This document shows, piece by piece, positions 47,832 to 57,664 of a DNA stretch of 64,000 nucleotides. Under the pieces are notes generated by a model. That model saw only the letters and a program-made list of their open reading frames with translations, made no database searches and had not been told where the DNA came from. Position numbers and translations under genes: made by a program. The stretch's first letter is position 1. Every line of letters begins with the position of its first letter. Source of the stretch: an uncultured Candidatus Saccharibacteria bacterium (lineage in GTDB: Bacteria > Patescibacteriota > Saccharimonadia > CAILAD01 > GCA-016700035); NCBI GenBank assembly GCA_964391595.1, contig CAYMMM010000002.1:16843-80842 (forward strand), read 5' to 3'.

Positions 47832-48470
47832 CTAAAACCGCCACTGCCACTGTTCGATAGTCGACTGTGCAAGGTCCTTGTCAGTCTGGCTCGTATACCA
47901 AGCCCGGAGCTCAAATTCCTTAATGGCAATGTTGTTGCGCAACGGCAACGCGTCATCAAGAAGTAAAAGATATGTCACCATAGATTCTTTGTTTTGCGGA
48001 TAATACTCGATATACCGTATTGCTTTCTTGCCACCCCACAACACTTCATCACGGCTCGCAAGCTGCGCATCTAGCCTCTGCCAGCGCGTGCGCCAATCCG
48101 TGTCGACATCTTTGACTTGACTCGGATAGTAGGTGTTCAGTGTGATATATGAATGCTTCCATGGCTGGGCATAAGCACTAAATGCGCACGTATCGTCTTG
48201 TATTTCCGGCTCAAACGCATCTGGAAGCAAAGTCCCACTGCAAGATGTCTCGACCAATCTCTGCCCTGCCTGGGCTTTAATGCCGAGTGGCTTCGGCTGA
48301 AAAACCACTGACACCCCGCCTTTCCAAGCGCTCGGAACCAAGTATACCCAGGCGACATAGAGAAGCAAAAATATGCCCAATATGAGACCAATAAACAAAG
48401 ACCAGTATTGAAGACTCTCTGGAAGCTTACGCATGATGGAGGTAGCGCGTATAGCGATCCCAGCGCACAC
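47832..48470 (-). CDS. Single-TM membrane protein, paralog of the 46683..47789 C-terminal domain (ends ...WQWRF)
   Basis: TM segment (LFIGLILGIFLLLYVAWVYLV). The C-terminal blocks align with the neighbouring gene. Confidence 0.45.
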   Translation of the reverse strand: MCAGIAIRATSIMRKLPESLQYWSLFIGLILGIFLLLYVAWVYLVPSAWKGGVSVVFQPKPLGIKAQAGQRLVETSCSGTLLPDAFEPEIQDDTCAFSAYAQPWKHSYITLNTYYPSQVKDVDTDWRTRWQRLDAQLASRDEVLWGGKKAIRYIEYYPQNKESMVTYLLLLDDALPLRNNIAIKEFELRAWYTSQTDKDLAQSTIEQWQWRF

Positions 48471-49326
48471 CCAAGAGATGCGCTATTAACTCGATACTCA
48501 GATCAGCTGTCATACTGTCCGTATCTCGCTGCGGATTAAACTCAACAAGATCAAGTGCGACTAATTGCTCATACGCCAGCTGACGGGCGATGTAAGCAGC
48601 TTCTCGATATGTCAGGCCGCCGTTGTTCTGAATACCCGTGCCAGGAGCGTAGAGACAATCAACCGCATCGATGTCATAGCTTACATGGACCGGTCTGCCC
48701 GCGATCCATGCTCGAACTTGCCGCATCACCTCTCCGATACCTACGCTTGTGATGTCATCCATCGTGGCATGGCGCACACCTTCGCTCTGTATCCAGTCGA
48801 ACTCAGCCTGATCTATGTCCTTAATCGCCAAGTAAAAAATATCCTTGGCACTCCAGTATGGCCCATGGAAGTGTTCTTGCAGAGCTCCCCCAGTCGCTAT
48901 CCGTACAGGCATACCGTGCAGGTTGTGCGTCAAAGACGTACCAGGCGCTTGGACATCAGGATGAGCATCAATATATACGCACACCGCACCTTCGTGTCGT
49001 TCGCGCGTTGCAAGAAGACTGGACGTCGCCACCGAGTGGTCGCCACCCAAGACAAGCGGAATCGCATCGGATGGCTGCTCAATAATGGCTGCCCGCAAAC
49101 CCAGAAGCCACGGCACTAAGGTCCGAGCGTTTCGAACATTTTCTATTCTGTCGGCACCGACATGTTTTCGATCAGCACCCCACTGCTGAAGCTTGACCGA
49201 CCGCAAACCGGTAGCAAGAACACCTTCGAGGCCTCGATCCAATAATGTAGTTGGCCCATCTTCTGCCCCATCGCTAAAGCTTCCTAGACTTGTACCAGCA
49301 GAAAATATGACGAGGTCTTTTTGCAT
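48427..49326 (-). CDS. Arginase-family hydrolase (arginase/agmatinase/formiminoglutamase)
   Basis: Mn-binding motifs GGDHSVA, YIDAHPD and SYDIDAVD. I chose the ATG at 49326 (MQKDLVIFSAG), not the longer ORF on the track. Confidence 0.8.
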   Translation of the reverse strand: MQKDLVIFSAGTSLGSFSDGAEDGPTTLLDRGLEGVLATGLRSVKLQQWGADRKHVGADRIENVRNARTLVPWLLGLRAAIIEQPSDAIPLVLGGDHSVATSSLLATRERHEGAVCVYIDAHPDVQAPGTSLTHNLHGMPVRIATGGALQEHFHGPYWSAKDIFYLAIKDIDQAEFDWIQSEGVRHATMDDITSVGIGEVMRQVRAWIAGRPVHVSYDIDAVDCLYAPGTGIQNNGGLTYREAAYIARQLAYEQLVALDLVEFNPQRDTDSMTADLSIELIAHLLGVRWDRYTRYLHHA

Positions 49327-49443
49327 AATACCCTCATTATACCTATACCCGTTATGCTTAGCACGTTTCAGACAGGTTCCATGCAAAGTGAGAAACCCCC
49401 AGATCCCGCTCCGCATACCCTCAAAAACATATACAATAGAGGT

Positions 49444-50775
49444 ATGTTCAGACAGATTAAGCGTATCGTACCAAAGCAAGCCATAAATGCCTTCCACTAC
49501 AGCGAAGCTCTGGCAGCTAGCTTTGCATATCGTAACCCAAGTCGACACATGATCGTAATCGGCATCGTGGGGAGTAAAGGTAAGACCACGCTCGCCAACC
49601 TACTTTGGGCAGCATTGAGTGGTGACGGCTCGAAGGTCGGCCTGATTGGCACCGCCAATATTCGTATAGGCAATGATGAGCAGCTCAACCCATATCACAT
49701 GACGATGCCAGGTCGACACCGCCTGCAGAAAACGCTGCACACGATGCGACAGGCAAATTGCCGATACGCGATCATGGAAGTTCCGTCAGAAGGACAGGCT
49801 CAGTGGCGACATGTGGGCATAGCTTTTGATGTGCTAATTTTTACAAATGTGACAAAAGAACTGATGGCTAGTCATGACTATTCTCTCGAAAAATTACACA
49901 CCCACAATCAGAGAGTGTTCCAGCAGGTCGCTCGCCAAAAGTCAAAATTGATCAACGGACGTGTTCAACCAAAAATCCTCATTGCAAATGCAGACGCTGA
50001 GCATTTTCCGCAATATTTCGCCCATGTGGCCGACATACGCCGCAGTTATAGTCTGACCCACAAAAGCAATTATCATGCAAAAAATATAGTCACAGCTGCA
50101 GGGTCAAGTAGTTTTGTCGTCAACAAACACGGCTACAAGATTCCATTGCCAGGAGCCGTTAATGTCTCAAATGCAACTGGAGCTATTGCAGCAGCCCTGG
50201 AGCTTGGCAAATCCCCTCAGGAAATACAAAAAGGACTTTCTTCTCTTACGGTTATCCCTGGTCGTATGGAGCAAATCAATATTCACCCACGGCAGAAGTT
50301 TACGGTCGTGGTGGACTACGCGCATGAAGAGACAGGTATGGAAGCCCTCATGAAGACCGCCGCCGATATGCGCAGGAAATCTACCCAACGCATTATCACC
50401 CTTCTTGGGGCAGAAGGTGGTGGTCGTGACGAGAAAAAGCGTCCAATCATGGGTCATATAGCAATGTCGGGAAGCGACTTCGTGATTCTGTCAAATGTTG
50501 ACCCCTACCGTGACAACCCAGATAAGATAATTGCCGATATAGCCCAAGGTGTCGAGGAGGCAAAGGGACTTCGTAATCATACATACTTTGCAATACCCGA
50601 TCGTCGCGAAGGCATTCGCAAAGCACTCTCACTCGCTAAGCCTGGCGACATAGTACTCATTACTGGCAAGGGTTCTGAGCAATCGATCATAATAGACGGG
50701 AAGAAGTCAGCCTGGGACGATCGCGATGTAGTACGAGAGGAGCTTAGTCGCCTCCTCAAAAAACCACGAGCTTAA
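49444..50775 (+). CDS. murE: Mur ligase family protein (MurE-like)
   Basis: P-loop GIVGSKGKTT, the VVVDYAHEETGMEAL motif, and a C-terminal domain containing RDNPD. I chose the ATG at 49444. Confidence 0.7.
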   Translation: MFRQIKRIVPKQAINAFHYSEALAASFAYRNPSRHMIVIGIVGSKGKTTLANLLWAALSGDGSKVGLIGTANIRIGNDEQLNPYHMTMPGRHRLQKTLHTMRQANCRYAIMEVPSEGQAQWRHVGIAFDVLIFTNVTKELMASHDYSLEKLHTHNQRVFQQVARQKSKLINGRVQPKILIANADAEHFPQYFAHVADIRRSYSLTHKSNYHAKNIVTAAGSSSFVVNKHGYKIPLPGAVNVSNATGAIAAALELGKSPQEIQKGLSSLTVIPGRMEQINIHPRQKFTVVVDYAHEETGMEALMKTAADMRRKSTQRIITLLGAEGGGRDEKKRPIMGHIAMSGSDFVILSNVDPYRDNPDKIIADIAQGVEEAKGLRNHTYFAIPDRREGIRKALSLAKPGDIVLITGKGSEQSIIIDGKKSAWDDRDVVREELSRLLKKPRA

Positions 50776-51200
50776 TGGCTCGATGAGGCTATGAAGCCGA
50801 TAACAGTGGCGGTCCACCAACAAAGCTGAGACAGGCCAATCAGCACTACAGAAAGCAGCTGAAGCTTGCGCGGTAGCTTCCAGAAATCCTCTGTGTCGTA
50901 CGAGGCAAGCCGCGCGCGCAAGCGATCGAGCAAAATGCCATTTACTGCCAAAACTAGCACGGCTGCCAGCTTAACTTTCGTCCGGATGGTAACGTGCTCC
51001 GGCTCAAGCAACATACTCCCGGTCACGACCTGTAATGCAACCGCTGCCCAGATTAGCTTCTGTGCTATGCCCGACAACCAAACAACCTGGCTTGCTTTAG
51101 CTTTGCCAAAAACCCAAAGCAATCCCGCAGTATCGACGAGCAGGACTGAGCCAAGTCCAATCGCGAATCCTACCAGATGAAGAAATAACGGAACACTCAC
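50772..51200 (-). CDS. Polytopic membrane protein (hypothetical)
   Basis: 142 aa with four predicted TM helices; overlaps the murE stop codon. Confidence 0.45.
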   Translation of the reverse strand: MSVPLFLHLVGFAIGLGSVLLVDTAGLLWVFGKAKASQVVWLSGIAQKLIWAAVALQVVTGSMLLEPEHVTIRTKVKLAAVLVLAVNGILLDRLRARLASYDTEDFWKLPRKLQLLSVVLIGLSQLCWWTATVIGFIASSSH

Positions 51201-51475
51201 TCTGTATCTCCTTTGCGTTTAGTATCTTTGCCCCAGCGCCAATGTGGTGGCTCCCCTGTCTTATACGAAATATACACGAGCACCCAAACCCATACAAACC
51301 CGACTACTATGGCCACCAAGGTGCCTGACCATGACTCATGAAACCACATATCGCACACCGCAATAATGCCAGCGTACACTGCACACCACAGAGCGACGAT
51401 CAGCCATCCCTGCCACGATGATGGCGTCCATCCCCAGCCGTACGTCTTAGCTCGAAACCACAGTCGCTTTTTCAT
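51197..51475 (-). CDS. Small two-TM membrane protein (hypothetical)
   Basis: 92 aa, Trp-rich hydrophobic helices; 4-bp overlap with the downstream gene. Confidence 0.4.
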   Translation of the reverse strand: MKKRLWFRAKTYGWGWTPSSWQGWLIVALWCAVYAGIIAVCDMWFHESWSGTLVAIVVGFVWVWVLVYISYKTGEPPHWRWGKDTKRKGDTE

Positions 51476-51478
51476 AAT

Positions 51479-51886
51479 CTAGCGATTCTCCTTACGCCAG
51501 ACCAACTTCAAGCCCGACCAATCATCATCCACTGCACACACTTTTACATCTACTAAGCCATGTTCAAGCGCAAGCTCACGTATAAAGTCTTCACTGAGAT
51601 TACCAGCTAGAGGCGATGATTTCTTAGGCCATGAGATCCAGATCATGCCATCTTTTTTTATCGCCTGAGCAAGCTCGCCGAAATGATCGACGAGTTCACT
51701 TTGAGTGCGCTCGAAGCTTTGTATGAAATCAAATCCCCCGACTTCGATCTCGTTCACAAACTCCACATCCACGGGAATACCACCGAGCAACGTATCATAA
51801 TTATCTGGCGGCTCTTCGATCAAGGCCCGCATGCCTGAACGTAGACCTAATTTGTCCACTAGACTTTTCTTCGAGTATCCGCTCAT
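51479..51886 (-). CDS. DUF3052-like protein
   Basis: N-terminus MSGYSKKSLVDKLGLRSGMRALI matches the DUF3052 pattern (GYSxKxLxxKLGIK). Confidence 0.5.
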   Translation of the reverse strand: MSGYSKKSLVDKLGLRSGMRALIEEPPDNYDTLLGGIPVDVEFVNEIEVGGFDFIQSFERTQSELVDHFGELAQAIKKDGMIWISWPKKSSPLAGNLSEDFIRELALEHGLVDVKVCAVDDDWSGLKLVWRKENR

Positions 51887-52701
51887 GACTTCATTGTAAT
51901 CCCGTCACGTGTGCGTTTCAAAAATCCCTCAAGGACGAGCGCATCGATGGCTTGCGCAATCTCAGCATCCGACCGTTCGAGCAAACCGCCAATGTCGGCA
52001 AGAGATACGGTTTTCTGATCAATCACTCGCGCAAGAATCGCGCCACGCAACTGTCGATGTGAGCCGGCAAACTTTGACTGGCGAGCGTAGTGCTTGCTAC
52101 GTCGATTTGGATTCACGACAAGCTTGGCGAGCTCCGACCCATAATCCATCATTGCCCAGTACCATTCGCGCGGATGCTCACGATCCAAAGTAGCTGCAAC
52201 AAACGGCACTATTGCCTTATCTGACACCTCTTCCTGCTCCGGAAAAAACTCGTGCAAGATTACACGACGAATATTTGTCTCGATGAACACGACGGGCTGC
52301 TCGAATGCATATGCAAGAATCGCGCCAGCAGTATTTGGACCAATCCCCTTGAATGCTGTGAGCGCAGCGAGAGTATCTGGGAGCTTGCCGCTATGCTCTC
52401 GCACTACATTGTCCGCTAACTGCTTGAGCCACAGCGCCCGTCGGTTATATCCCAGACCCTGCCAAGTACTCAGTACTTCCTCAGTTCTAGCGTGTGACAA
52501 TGCATCGAAGTCAGACCAACGTTCAGTCCAAGCGAGGAACTTTGGCAGGACCCGGTCGACTTGGGTCTGTTGTAGCATGATTTCACTCACCACTACATTG
52601 TATGGCGAAGGATCTGTACGCCACGGCATGACGCGCCCGCGCTGCGCATACACCGCCCAAACAATCTCTCGAAACCGGTCGATTTCCTGTTCAGATATCA
52701 T
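51883..52701 (-). CDS. HhH-GPD DNA glycosylase (MutY/Nth-like; Fe-S cluster loop not evident)
   Basis: Helix-hairpin-helix with a Gly/Pro-rich loop (LTAFKGIGPNTAGAILAYAFEQPVVFIETNIRRV) and a MutY-like N-terminus (VWAVYAQRGRVMPWR). Confidence 0.7.
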   Translation of the reverse strand: MISEQEIDRFREIVWAVYAQRGRVMPWRTDPSPYNVVVSEIMLQQTQVDRVLPKFLAWTERWSDFDALSHARTEEVLSTWQGLGYNRRALWLKQLADNVVREHSGKLPDTLAALTAFKGIGPNTAGAILAYAFEQPVVFIETNIRRVILHEFFPEQEEVSDKAIVPFVAATLDREHPREWYWAMMDYGSELAKLVVNPNRRSKHYARQSKFAGSHRQLRGAILARVIDQKTVSLADIGGLLERSDAEIAQAIDALVLEGFLKRTRDGITMKS

Positions 52702-52771
52702 GCTCGCAGTATAGCGAATATTTGCTCGAAATCTAGCTCATTCACGCGCGATACCAGCTATAATAGCCAAT

Positions 52772-54292
52772 ATGACTTCACCTCGTCGCACCCCATCTCA
52801 TCGCATTCCCAAGCCGGACGACGAAAATGGCGCGCAAGATACACAAGTTACACTAGATCAAGAGGACAGCCTGAGTATGCAGAAACGCAAACAACAAGAA
52901 GTCAGTCCTGACTTCGTTTATGACCCTATTCGAGACAAACGCCACGACCTCAAAGGCTTTGGTCCAAAGAAAGAAAAACGATCCTGGTGGAAAAAACTTC
53001 TACTAGGCCTGCTTGTTGTCGGTATTGTGGTAGGTGCATGGTTTGCATTCTTCACTTTGCGCAATGTGATTAAAATCGCCCCAAATTTCTTCAAGCTCAC
53101 CCAAAAGCTCAAGGGCGAGGACGAGGGTCGCGTCAATATTCTCTTGCTTGGCATCGGTGATCCTGGACACGATGGTGAAGGCCTCTCTGACACAAACATT
53201 CTCGTCAGCGTTGATACAAATAATAAAAAGGTAGCACTGACCTCCATCCCACGTGATACTCGCGTAAAAATACCTGGCTATGGCTACTCCAAAATCAACA
53301 ATGCTCACGCTTATGGCGACATCTCGCTCGCACAACAAACTGTAGGCACCTTTCTCGACGAACCCATCCACTACTACGTACGGACTGACTTCACAGGCTT
53401 AAAACAGGCGGTCGACGCTGTCGGTGGCATCGACATCACAAACAAAGACTACCTCTCTGACTCCGAATATCCATGCGACAACAATCAGTGGCGGAGTTGC
53501 GGCTTCACGCTCAAGCCAGGTACCTATCACGCAGATGGATCACTGGCGCTCAAGTACGCCCGGTGCCGCAAAGGTACCTGCGGCGATGATTTCGGCCGAG
53601 CAGCACGACAACAAGAAGTGCTCTCCGCTCTTCGCGCAAAAGCTACCTCAGTCGGCACCATTCTCGACCCTACCAAGCTCACCTCGCTCATCACCGCCGC
53701 AGGAGATAATGTAAAAACCGATATGTCGGTCGGTGAAATCATGCGACTCAATGACCTCACCAAAGACATCCCCAATGATCAATTCATCAATGTCGTATTC
53801 TCGCTCAAGGAAAATGGGTTCCTCAAATCTTCACCAGACGGAACTTCGGATCTTGTACCGATCGACAGCACGCTCGCTACCATCCAAGCCTTCGAGAATA
53901 ACATCTTTGCTTGGGGGCCTATCTGGAAAGAAGACCCGTCTATCTTGATTGAAAACGGCACAACAGTAGCCGGCATCGGCGGCAAACTCGAGAGTAAATT
54001 CAGGCAAGACAAATACCCAATCACCATCTCGCAAGTCATCAACGCACTCAAAAAAGACTACACCACCACCCAGCTCTACGACATGAGCATGGCAGCAACC
54101 AGCCCTTCACCGAAATCTACAACTTCTACTGCTACGCTCGAAAGCAAGCCAAATACTCGAGGGTATTTGGAGGGGCTACTCAAAGTGAAAGCTACCGCCC
54201 CACCAGCCGGCATCGTCTCTAATGATGACTTCGTCATCATTATCGGTAGTGATTATGGTAACTACCTGCAGGTTGCCAGCCCAACGCCATGA
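52772..54292 (+). CDS. LCP-family (LytR-CpsA-Psr) cell-envelope phosphotransferase
   Basis: Cytoplasmic tail, a TM segment, and the LCP core (ILLLGIGDPGHDGEGLSDTNILVSVD...ALTSIPRDTRVKIPGYG). Confidence 0.85.
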   Translation: MTSPRRTPSHRIPKPDDENGAQDTQVTLDQEDSLSMQKRKQQEVSPDFVYDPIRDKRHDLKGFGPKKEKRSWWKKLLLGLLVVGIVVGAWFAFFTLRNVIKIAPNFFKLTQKLKGEDEGRVNILLLGIGDPGHDGEGLSDTNILVSVDTNNKKVALTSIPRDTRVKIPGYGYSKINNAHAYGDISLAQQTVGTFLDEPIHYYVRTDFTGLKQAVDAVGGIDITNKDYLSDSEYPCDNNQWRSCGFTLKPGTYHADGSLALKYARCRKGTCGDDFGRAARQQEVLSALRAKATSVGTILDPTKLTSLITAAGDNVKTDMSVGEIMRLNDLTKDIPNDQFINVVFSLKENGFLKSSPDGTSDLVPIDSTLATIQAFENNIFAWGPIWKEDPSILIENGTTVAGIGGKLESKFRQDKYPITISQVINALKKDYTTTQLYDMSMAATSPSPKSTTSTATLESKPNTRGYLEGLLKVKATAPPAGIVSNDDFVIIIGSDYGNYLQVASPTP

Positions 54293-54825
54293 GCGAACGA
54301 CAGCAAGGGACCCGTGAACCACACGCACCAACTGCTCGAGAGAAGCTCGACGAGCTAGCAGCGACAGGAATGTATGTGTTTCATGGCAGCCCCGACCCAC
54401 ACATTGAAGAATTCGAACCACGACAAGCACATAACTACGACGCTTCAACCGATACCAACGTGCCCGATGGTGCTCCGGCGGTATTCGCATCTGATAGAGT
54501 GGATATCCCGATTTTCATGGCATTATTCAATCGCACTCATAGTGCCAATTCAGCAAGTGTCTTGAGCGGTACCGGTGTGCGTTCGGATGGCGAGGTTCGT
54601 AAGGGAGAGTTCAGAGCCACAAAGAACCTTATCGATGGCGTACGAAAGCCCGGGGTATACGGTATTGTATATGTTTTTGACAGGAGCCAATTTCTGCCTA
54701 GAGAGCCTGGATCATCCGAGTGGATTTGCAACACTGTCATACATCCCACTATGGCACTCACAGTATATATAAGTGACTTCCCCGAGAAAGTCACAGAAAT
54801 CACGGTTGATGGTAAGCCTGTTTAA
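54289..54825 (+). CDS. Hypothetical protein (178 aa); its C-terminal domain has a truncated paralog downstream
   Basis: 4-bp overlap with the LCP gene. The C-terminal block GVYGIVYVFDRSQF...EW...P.MA resembles 54900..55148. Confidence 0.5.
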   Translation: MSERQQGTREPHAPTAREKLDELAATGMYVFHGSPDPHIEEFEPRQAHNYDASTDTNVPDGAPAVFASDRVDIPIFMALFNRTHSANSASVLSGTGVRSDGEVRKGEFRATKNLIDGVRKPGVYGIVYVFDRSQFLPREPGSSEWICNTVIHPTMALTVYISDFPEKVTEITVDGKPV

Positions 54826-54899
54826 GTTGTTCATAATTCATTCGTAGTTCCCTGATATACTAATGGCATGAAAAAACTCAGCGACACCACGCCAGCCGA

Positions 54900-55148
54900 A
54901 TGAGCGTCATCACTGAGAACGGCCAAAAAACCCTGCGCTTTGCAGCAGATCGTAACACTCTAGACGGGGCAAGACTACCAGGCACGATAGGGTATGTTTA
55001 TGTCTTTCGACGCAGCGACTTTACAAAGCGATCCGACGAAGGCAAGCAGGCCGAATGGACGAGCCTCAAACCAGTTACGCCTGTCATGGCAGTAGCAGTG
55101 AAGCCACGAGACCTCCCGCCAAATATCGAAGTTATCGAAAATGAATAA
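54900..55148 (+). CDS. Truncated paralog (C-terminal domain only) of 54289..54825; possible gene remnant
   Basis: About 40% identity over ~70 aa, including NxLDGxRxPGxxGxVYVFxRSxF...EW...PxMA. An 11-codon mini-ORF ends in an ATGA overlap with its start codon. Confidence 0.4.
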   Translation: MSVITENGQKTLRFAADRNTLDGARLPGTIGYVYVFRRSDFTKRSDEGKQAEWTSLKPVTPVMAVAVKPRDLPPNIEVIENE

Positions 55149-55187
55149 TATTCTCTGTTTGTTCGCTAAGCCAGGTATACTGTCAGT

Positions 55188-56414
55188 ATGCCTAAGAAAT
55201 CCCTAGCTACTCGCTCTTCGTCCGATGCTCGCCCCGAATTCCGTCCTCTCGCCGACCGGCTCCGACCCCATGAGCTCGGCGAGATGGTCGGGCAAGAGAA
55301 AGTCATCGGCAAGGGTGCATTTGTTCATGAGCTCATCGAGCGCAATGAAGTCACCTCTCTGATATTCTGGGGGCCACCGGGCTGTGGCAAAACGACACTA
55401 GCGCGCATTATCGCCGCATCTGGCGACTATCATTTCGTCGAGATCTCCGCTGTCACTGCAGGAAAAGCCGACGTTATGCACGTAATCGAGGACGCGCGAG
55501 CCATGCAGCGACTTGGCACGCGCACCATCTTATTCGTCGACGAGATCCATCGTTTCAATAAGGCGCAGCAAGACGCGTTTCTTCCCCATATTGAAAATGG
55601 CACTATCATCTTGATCGGTGCGACAACTGAGAATCCCAGCTTCGAAGTCATTACTCCTCTGCTCTCCCGCAGCCGTGTCATTGTGCTTGAAGGTCTCGAT
55701 CACAAAGAGTTAGTAACCATACTCAAGCGCGCGACCAAGCTCTACCCTCAGCTTAAAGTCCAAGCTAAGGCACTCGATGCACTCGCCGACTTTGCTGCCG
55801 GCGACGCGCGAGCTGCACTCAATGGCCTCGAGGCAGCAATCCAAATATCCCCTACAAAGCTCGACCTTGAGACGGTTAAGCAAGCCATGCAGCAAGTAAA
55901 TCTTAGCTATGATAAGACAGGTGACTTCCACTATAATCTCATCTCAGCGTTCATAAAATCCATCCGCGGCAGTCACGTCGATGCATCACTCTATTATCTT
56001 TTCCGCATGCTCGACGCTGGTGAAGACCCGAAGTTTATTGCACGTCGACTGATCATACTTGCCTCCGAAGACATTGGCATGGCAGCTTCAGCAGCGCTCA
56101 ATCTCGCCACCAGCTGCTTTCTGGCAGTTGAGCGAGTTGGCTTGCCCGAATGTGAATACCATTTGGCTCACACTACTGTCGCGTTGGCAAAATCGCCAAA
56201 AAGCAGAGCCGTCGCTGATGCAATGGGACGAGCCAAGAAAGCAGTTCGTAGTTATCCAGCAGCACAAGTTCCCCTCGGACTACGCAACGCGCCCACGAAA
56301 CTCATGAAAGAGCTTGGGTATGGGAAAAACTACAAGTGGCAGGCTGACTTCCAGGCACCAGAGGGGTTCTTACCGGAAGAGCTCGAAAAAGAACGCTTCT
56401 ACTTTGACGACTAA
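55188..56414 (+). CDS. rarA: Replication-associated recombination protein A (RarA/MgsA AAA+ ATPase)
   Basis: Walker A ([15 protein letters not shown]), Walker B ([15 protein letters not shown]), and the C-terminal MgsA helical domain. Confidence 0.9.
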   Translation: MPKKSLATRSSSDARPEFRPLADRLRPHELGEMVGQEKVIGKGAFVHELIERNEVTSLIFWGPPGCGKTTLARIIAASGDYHFVEISAVTAGKADVMHVIEDARAMQRLGTRTILFVDEIHRFNKAQQDAFLPHIENGTIILIGATTENPSFEVITPLLSRSRVIVLEGLDHKELVTILKRATKLYPQLKVQAKALDALADFAAGDARAALNGLEAAIQISPTKLDLETVKQAMQQVNLSYDKTGDFHYNLISAFIKSIRGSHVDASLYYLFRMLDAGEDPKFIARRLIILASEDIGMAASAALNLATSCFLAVERVGLPECEYHLAHTTVALAKSPKSRAVADAMGRAKKAVRSYPAAQVPLGLRNAPTKLMKELGYGKNYKWQADFQAPEGFLPEELEKERFYFDD

Positions 56415-56947
56415 CAATCTCATCAGTACAATCTTGCTAGTACCTTTTAAGAAAGAGGGGGTCTACGTATGCGTTTCAAACGACCGCCAAAAACACCCGA
56501 TTCAGCAGTGTCAGCACCACAGAACCAAATACCAGAAGATCCCGAAACTCCGCCCCCTACTGGCAGCAAATCAGAGACAGACATGGATGCAGTAAGACTC
56601 CAAGCCATCATCTCAGCTTGTGAAGGTTCTCATGGTTTCCCTGGATTGTAAACCAATGTAAGATGAAGTTTCCGAGACATGGGGGTGTCAATGAACCTAC
56701 AATCTCGCATAGAAAATGCGCGAGCAACTTGGCGGCGCGAGGCTGAGCCGATTAAGTCTCAGTATTTCCAGCTGATGGCTGCGAAACACGACGTCGATAA
56801 CCACATGCTAGGCGTTCGTGCGACGCCTTCCTGTGCGATCACGTACAACCATGAGTGGCACGCCTACCGTAAGCTCATCCGGCAACGGCGGCGACACGTC
56901 GTAATTGCGTTTCTCCGGCCGGGATCTTCGTGATCTCGGCCTCTTTT

Positions 56948-57661
56948 TTATACTAAGCCCTTGAGATATTTTTGACGCAGCTCTGGGTTAAATCGCTCGA
57001 TGGCATACCGAAGCATAGTCCGCGGCATAGTTTTATATCTGCTACCATCACGCAACCATGCTTCCTCGACTTCTTGCCCTACGCGCTTGCCAACCTCACG
57101 CAACATCCAGCCAACGGCCTTCTGTATCAAGTCATGCGGATCATCAGATAAGATCGTAGCGATGCTCAAGGCCGGCTCGGCCTTGCCCTGATAAATGTTG
57201 TAAAAACATGACAACATCGCGATCCGACGCTCCCACAGATCTCCTGAAACAGCTAGCTTCGTAAGCACTGGTAAAGCATTGTCACCTAGATGCGCCCCCA
57301 CTATATAGCTTGCTGATGAGTCAACGAGATCCCAGTTATTGATCTGCTGAGTATGCGCCATATAAAAGTCATAGACAGCCTGCTTCTGCTCTGCATTGCC
57401 ACGCTTATACTGTTCCACAAGTATTAAGCAGGCACACAATCGTGCTTCGTGATAGTTGCTCGCCAGGAGTTTCTCGATTTCGCTGAACGGCAATTCGCGA
57501 AAACCACGAATAATCTTGCGCTGATCCGGGACACTTACGCCATAAAACTGATCACCGTGACCATAGTCACCAGGACTGGTCTTAAAAAACCACGCCGAGG
57601 CCTGGGCTCGCTCAGGAGTGCCTATCTCGAGGAGTTGTTTCTCTAGGGTATGAGCATGCAT
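56948..57661 (-). CDS. DNA alkylation repair protein (AlkD/AlkC-like HEAT-repeat glycosylase family)
   Basis: Helical repeat protein whose N-terminus (TPERAQASAWFFKTSPGDYGHGDQFYGVSVPDQRKI) is typical of the family. Confidence 0.7.
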   Translation of the reverse strand: MHAHTLEKQLLEIGTPERAQASAWFFKTSPGDYGHGDQFYGVSVPDQRKIIRGFRELPFSEIEKLLASNYHEARLCACLILVEQYKRGNAEQKQAVYDFYMAHTQQINNWDLVDSSASYIVGAHLGDNALPVLTKLAVSGDLWERRIAMLSCFYNIYQGKAEPALSIATILSDDPHDLIQKAVGWMLREVGKRVGQEVEEAWLRDGSRYKTMPRTMLRYAIERFNPELRQKYLKGLV

Positions 57662-57664
57662 ATT

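Noticed and set aside
56469-56933. Two small ORFs (60 aa and 84 aa) between rarA and the alkD-like gene
   Set aside because: No motifs, a weak translation-initiation context, and a basic/Arg-rich composition of the kind out-of-frame noise produces. They could be real small proteins, but I cannot support them from sequence alone.
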